Positions 62,413-64,000 of a stretch of DNA of 64,000 bases are shown here, one piece after another. Every line of letters begins with the position of its first letter. The stretch's first letter is position 1. Below the pieces are notes generated by a model. The model worked only from the letters and a program-made list of their open reading frames with translations, was not told where the DNA came from and ran no database searches. The position numbers and the translations under genes are program-made. Source of the stretch: Candidatus Adlerbacteria bacterium GW2011_GWA1_54_10 (GTDB taxonomy: Bacteria > Patescibacteriota > Minisyncoccia > Phycocordibacterales > SBAW01); contig LCRO01000001.1 of assembly GCA_001004665.1 (NCBI GenBank), forward strand, positions 483 through 64,482, in the 5' to 3' direction.

Positions 62413-64000
62413 ATGATTAAATACCTCTACATAAAGAACTTCCGCTCTATCAAGGAGCTAGAACTATTCCCCGAAAATCTATGCAGTCTGCTTGGGCCAA
62501 ATAGTGTTGGAAAGACCAATGTATTAAAGGCTCTGGACTTACTGCTTGGGGAATCGTGGGCAACGAAAGGAAAGATTTCGAGGGAACTTTTCAATGACCC
62601 CAACGAGCCAATAGAAATAGAGGCGACCTTTTCAACTCCCATAAAGTATTCGGACAATTACGGACGAGAGATTGTTGCTGAAGGAGTACAGCTCCGTATG
62701 ACTCTTAGGCCAGAGTTAACTTGCAAGGTTTCGACAACACCCGACGGAAAGTTTTTAAGTGAGGATTTTAAAAAGAAGTGCCACTTTATTTACATCCCTT
62801 CTCAAAGAGAACTATCCGACCAGATGAGGGTGACGGGGTGGACATTACTTGGCAAGCTAATGAAAGAGGTGCATGCAAATTATATTGCAGCATATGGTGG
62901 CGATGAGGAAAAATTAAAAGCAGAGTTGAAAGAAATAATTAAACCGGCCAAAGAGTTTATTGAGAAAGATTTCGATCCATCTGCCACCACCTTTAGTAAG
63001 TTTGTTGAAACATTCAAACGCAATTGTGTGCAGAACAGCGTTGGATTGGCAAACAAGTTTGAGCCCGAATTAAATATCTACAACCTCAACTGGTTTTATA
63101 AGACTCTGCAAATTCAAGTAACAGAGAAGAACGGTCAAGTATTTGATGCGGAGGACTTGGGAAGTGGTCTCCAAAATCTCATTCTCATATCAATATTCCA
63201 AACCTACGCCGAACTTATGGGAGGACGGGTAATATTTGGAATAGAAGAGCCGGAAATATATCTTTACCCTCAAGCTCAGCGAGCACTTTACGAAAGTTTT
63301 CAAGAGCTTTCCAAAAATGGCCAAATCTTTTATACCACTCATAATCCTAACTTTGTGAGTGCATTCAGGGCTCATGAAATTGAGATATTGCAAAAAGACG
63401 ATGAAAAAGGTACTTACGTTTTGGATAAAAACTCGGTTATTACGAAGGATTTCTTACAAGATACTCAATATAAGATTTATTCTCACTTCAATACCCATCG
63501 AAACGAAATATTTTTTGCAAAGAAAACACTTCTAGTTGAGGGGCCGTCCGACAAGATTCTTTGGGAAACACTATGCAAAGAAAAGTGGGGGATTGACCTC
63601 AATAGGTCTGGCATATCTATAATCGATTGTAGTGGTAAGGGTGGGGTTATTTACTTTACTGGAGTATGTAAACTACTAGGTTTGAATTACTTTTCCGTAT
63701 GGGATGGCGATGACGAGGCCCCGCATGAGCTACTTGCTGAGGCCCAGACATCCGGACGGGGTTTGGAAATTGAGGGCAACCTCGAAAAGTTCCTTAAATC
63801 CAATTATGCTGACCTTATTTTCAGTAAGGATGAGGCAAAGAAAATCCAGCAAGCTCATGAGTGGGCAGAAAAGACCACAGAATGGCCGGCGGCATTTGAG
63901 CCAGTCAAAATATTCCTTTCCGACCCAGTACCTGTGGTATCTGAAACACCAGTGGTGCCTGCTCAGCCTGTAGAACCAGACCCTCTGGACGATATATTTG
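62413..64000 (+). CDS. OLD-family ATP-dependent nuclease (ABC ATPase + TOPRIM), 3' end outside window
   Basis: Hand translation: IKNFRSI, GPNSVGKT (Walker A), LGSGLQ signature, IEEPE (Walker B), TTH, LVEGPSD and WDGD (TOPRIM). Confidence 0.9.
   Translation, partial: MIKYLYIKNFRSIKELELFPENLCSLLGPNSVGKTNVLKALDLLLGESWATKGKISRELFNDPNEPIEIEATFSTPIKYSDNYGREIVAEGVQLRMTLRPELTCKVSTTPDGKFLSEDFKKKCHFIYIPSQRELSDQMRVTGWTLLGKLMKEVHANYIAAYGGDEEKLKAELKEIIKPAKEFIEKDFDPSATTFSKFVETFKRNCVQNSVGLANKFEPELNIYNLNWFYKTLQIQVTEKNGQVFDAEDLGSGLQNLILISIFQTYAELMGGRVIFGIEEPEIYLYPQAQRALYESFQELSKNGQIFYTTHNPNFVSAFRAHEIEILQKDDEKGTYVLDKNSVITKDFLQDTQYKIYSHFNTHRNEIFFAKKTLLVEGPSDKILWETLCKEKWGIDLNRSGISIIDCSGKGGVIYFTGVCKLLGLNYFSVWDGDDEAPHELLAEAQTSGRGLEIEGNLEKFLKSNYADLIFSKDEAKKIQQAHEWAEKTTEWPAAFEPVKIFLSDPVPVVSETPVVPAQPVEPDPLDDIF

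Larger units (their letters stand above)
55775..64000. mobile_element. Integrated genomic island (serine-integrase element) interrupting the spc cluster; right end outside window
   Basis: Abrupt drop in GC after rplE, no rpsN/rpsH following, and it carries a large serine recombinase, a phage O-like replication protein and an OLD nuclease. Confidence 0.8.

Overview
This is a chromosomal window from a small-genome bacterium, most likely Patescibacteria/CPR (Parcubacteria-like). That assignment is inferred from the CPR-type exported proteins, housekeeping genes lacking Shine-Dalgarno sites, a PPIase-less trigger factor and the absence of amino-acid or lipid biosynthesis genes; the genetic code is 11. 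Bases 1-55774 are GC-rich core genome. They hold CPR membrane/exported proteins, rsmA, pcrA, comM, pnp, rpsO, a Xer recombinase, xth, a CCA-adding enzyme, four tRNAs, hup, rny, clpP, tig, ppa, nusA, a degenerate PilB, tpiA-pgk, an nrdD-nrdG-iscS-iscU-FNR-DoxX operon, recJ-rnhA-comEC, and the str/S10/spc cluster up to rplE. Directly after rplE an AT-richer island begins and runs off the window end; it carries a beta-propeller membrane protein, zinc-ribbon paralogues, a phage O-like replication protein, a large serine recombinase and an OLD-family nuclease. Five signals stand out. (1) At least four families of short palindromic mini-elements sit in intergenic spacers and in frame inside housekeeping proteins (ComM, PNPase, PGK, TPI, RecJ, PcrA, L29, CCA enzyme), with one nested inside another and a small GIY-YIG nuclease gene sitting among copies. 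(2) A 2.3-kb patch holds ten TAAAGGACAT repeats, five parS-like sites and DnaA-like boxes. (3) There is a candidate ~275-nt structured ncRNA at 17330-17604. (4) The island contains a multi-hairpin GNRA-loop RNA and 35-bp direct repeats. (5) An unannotated 55-aa peptide has a twin-arginine-like signal. All calls were made by eye, with no database searches.
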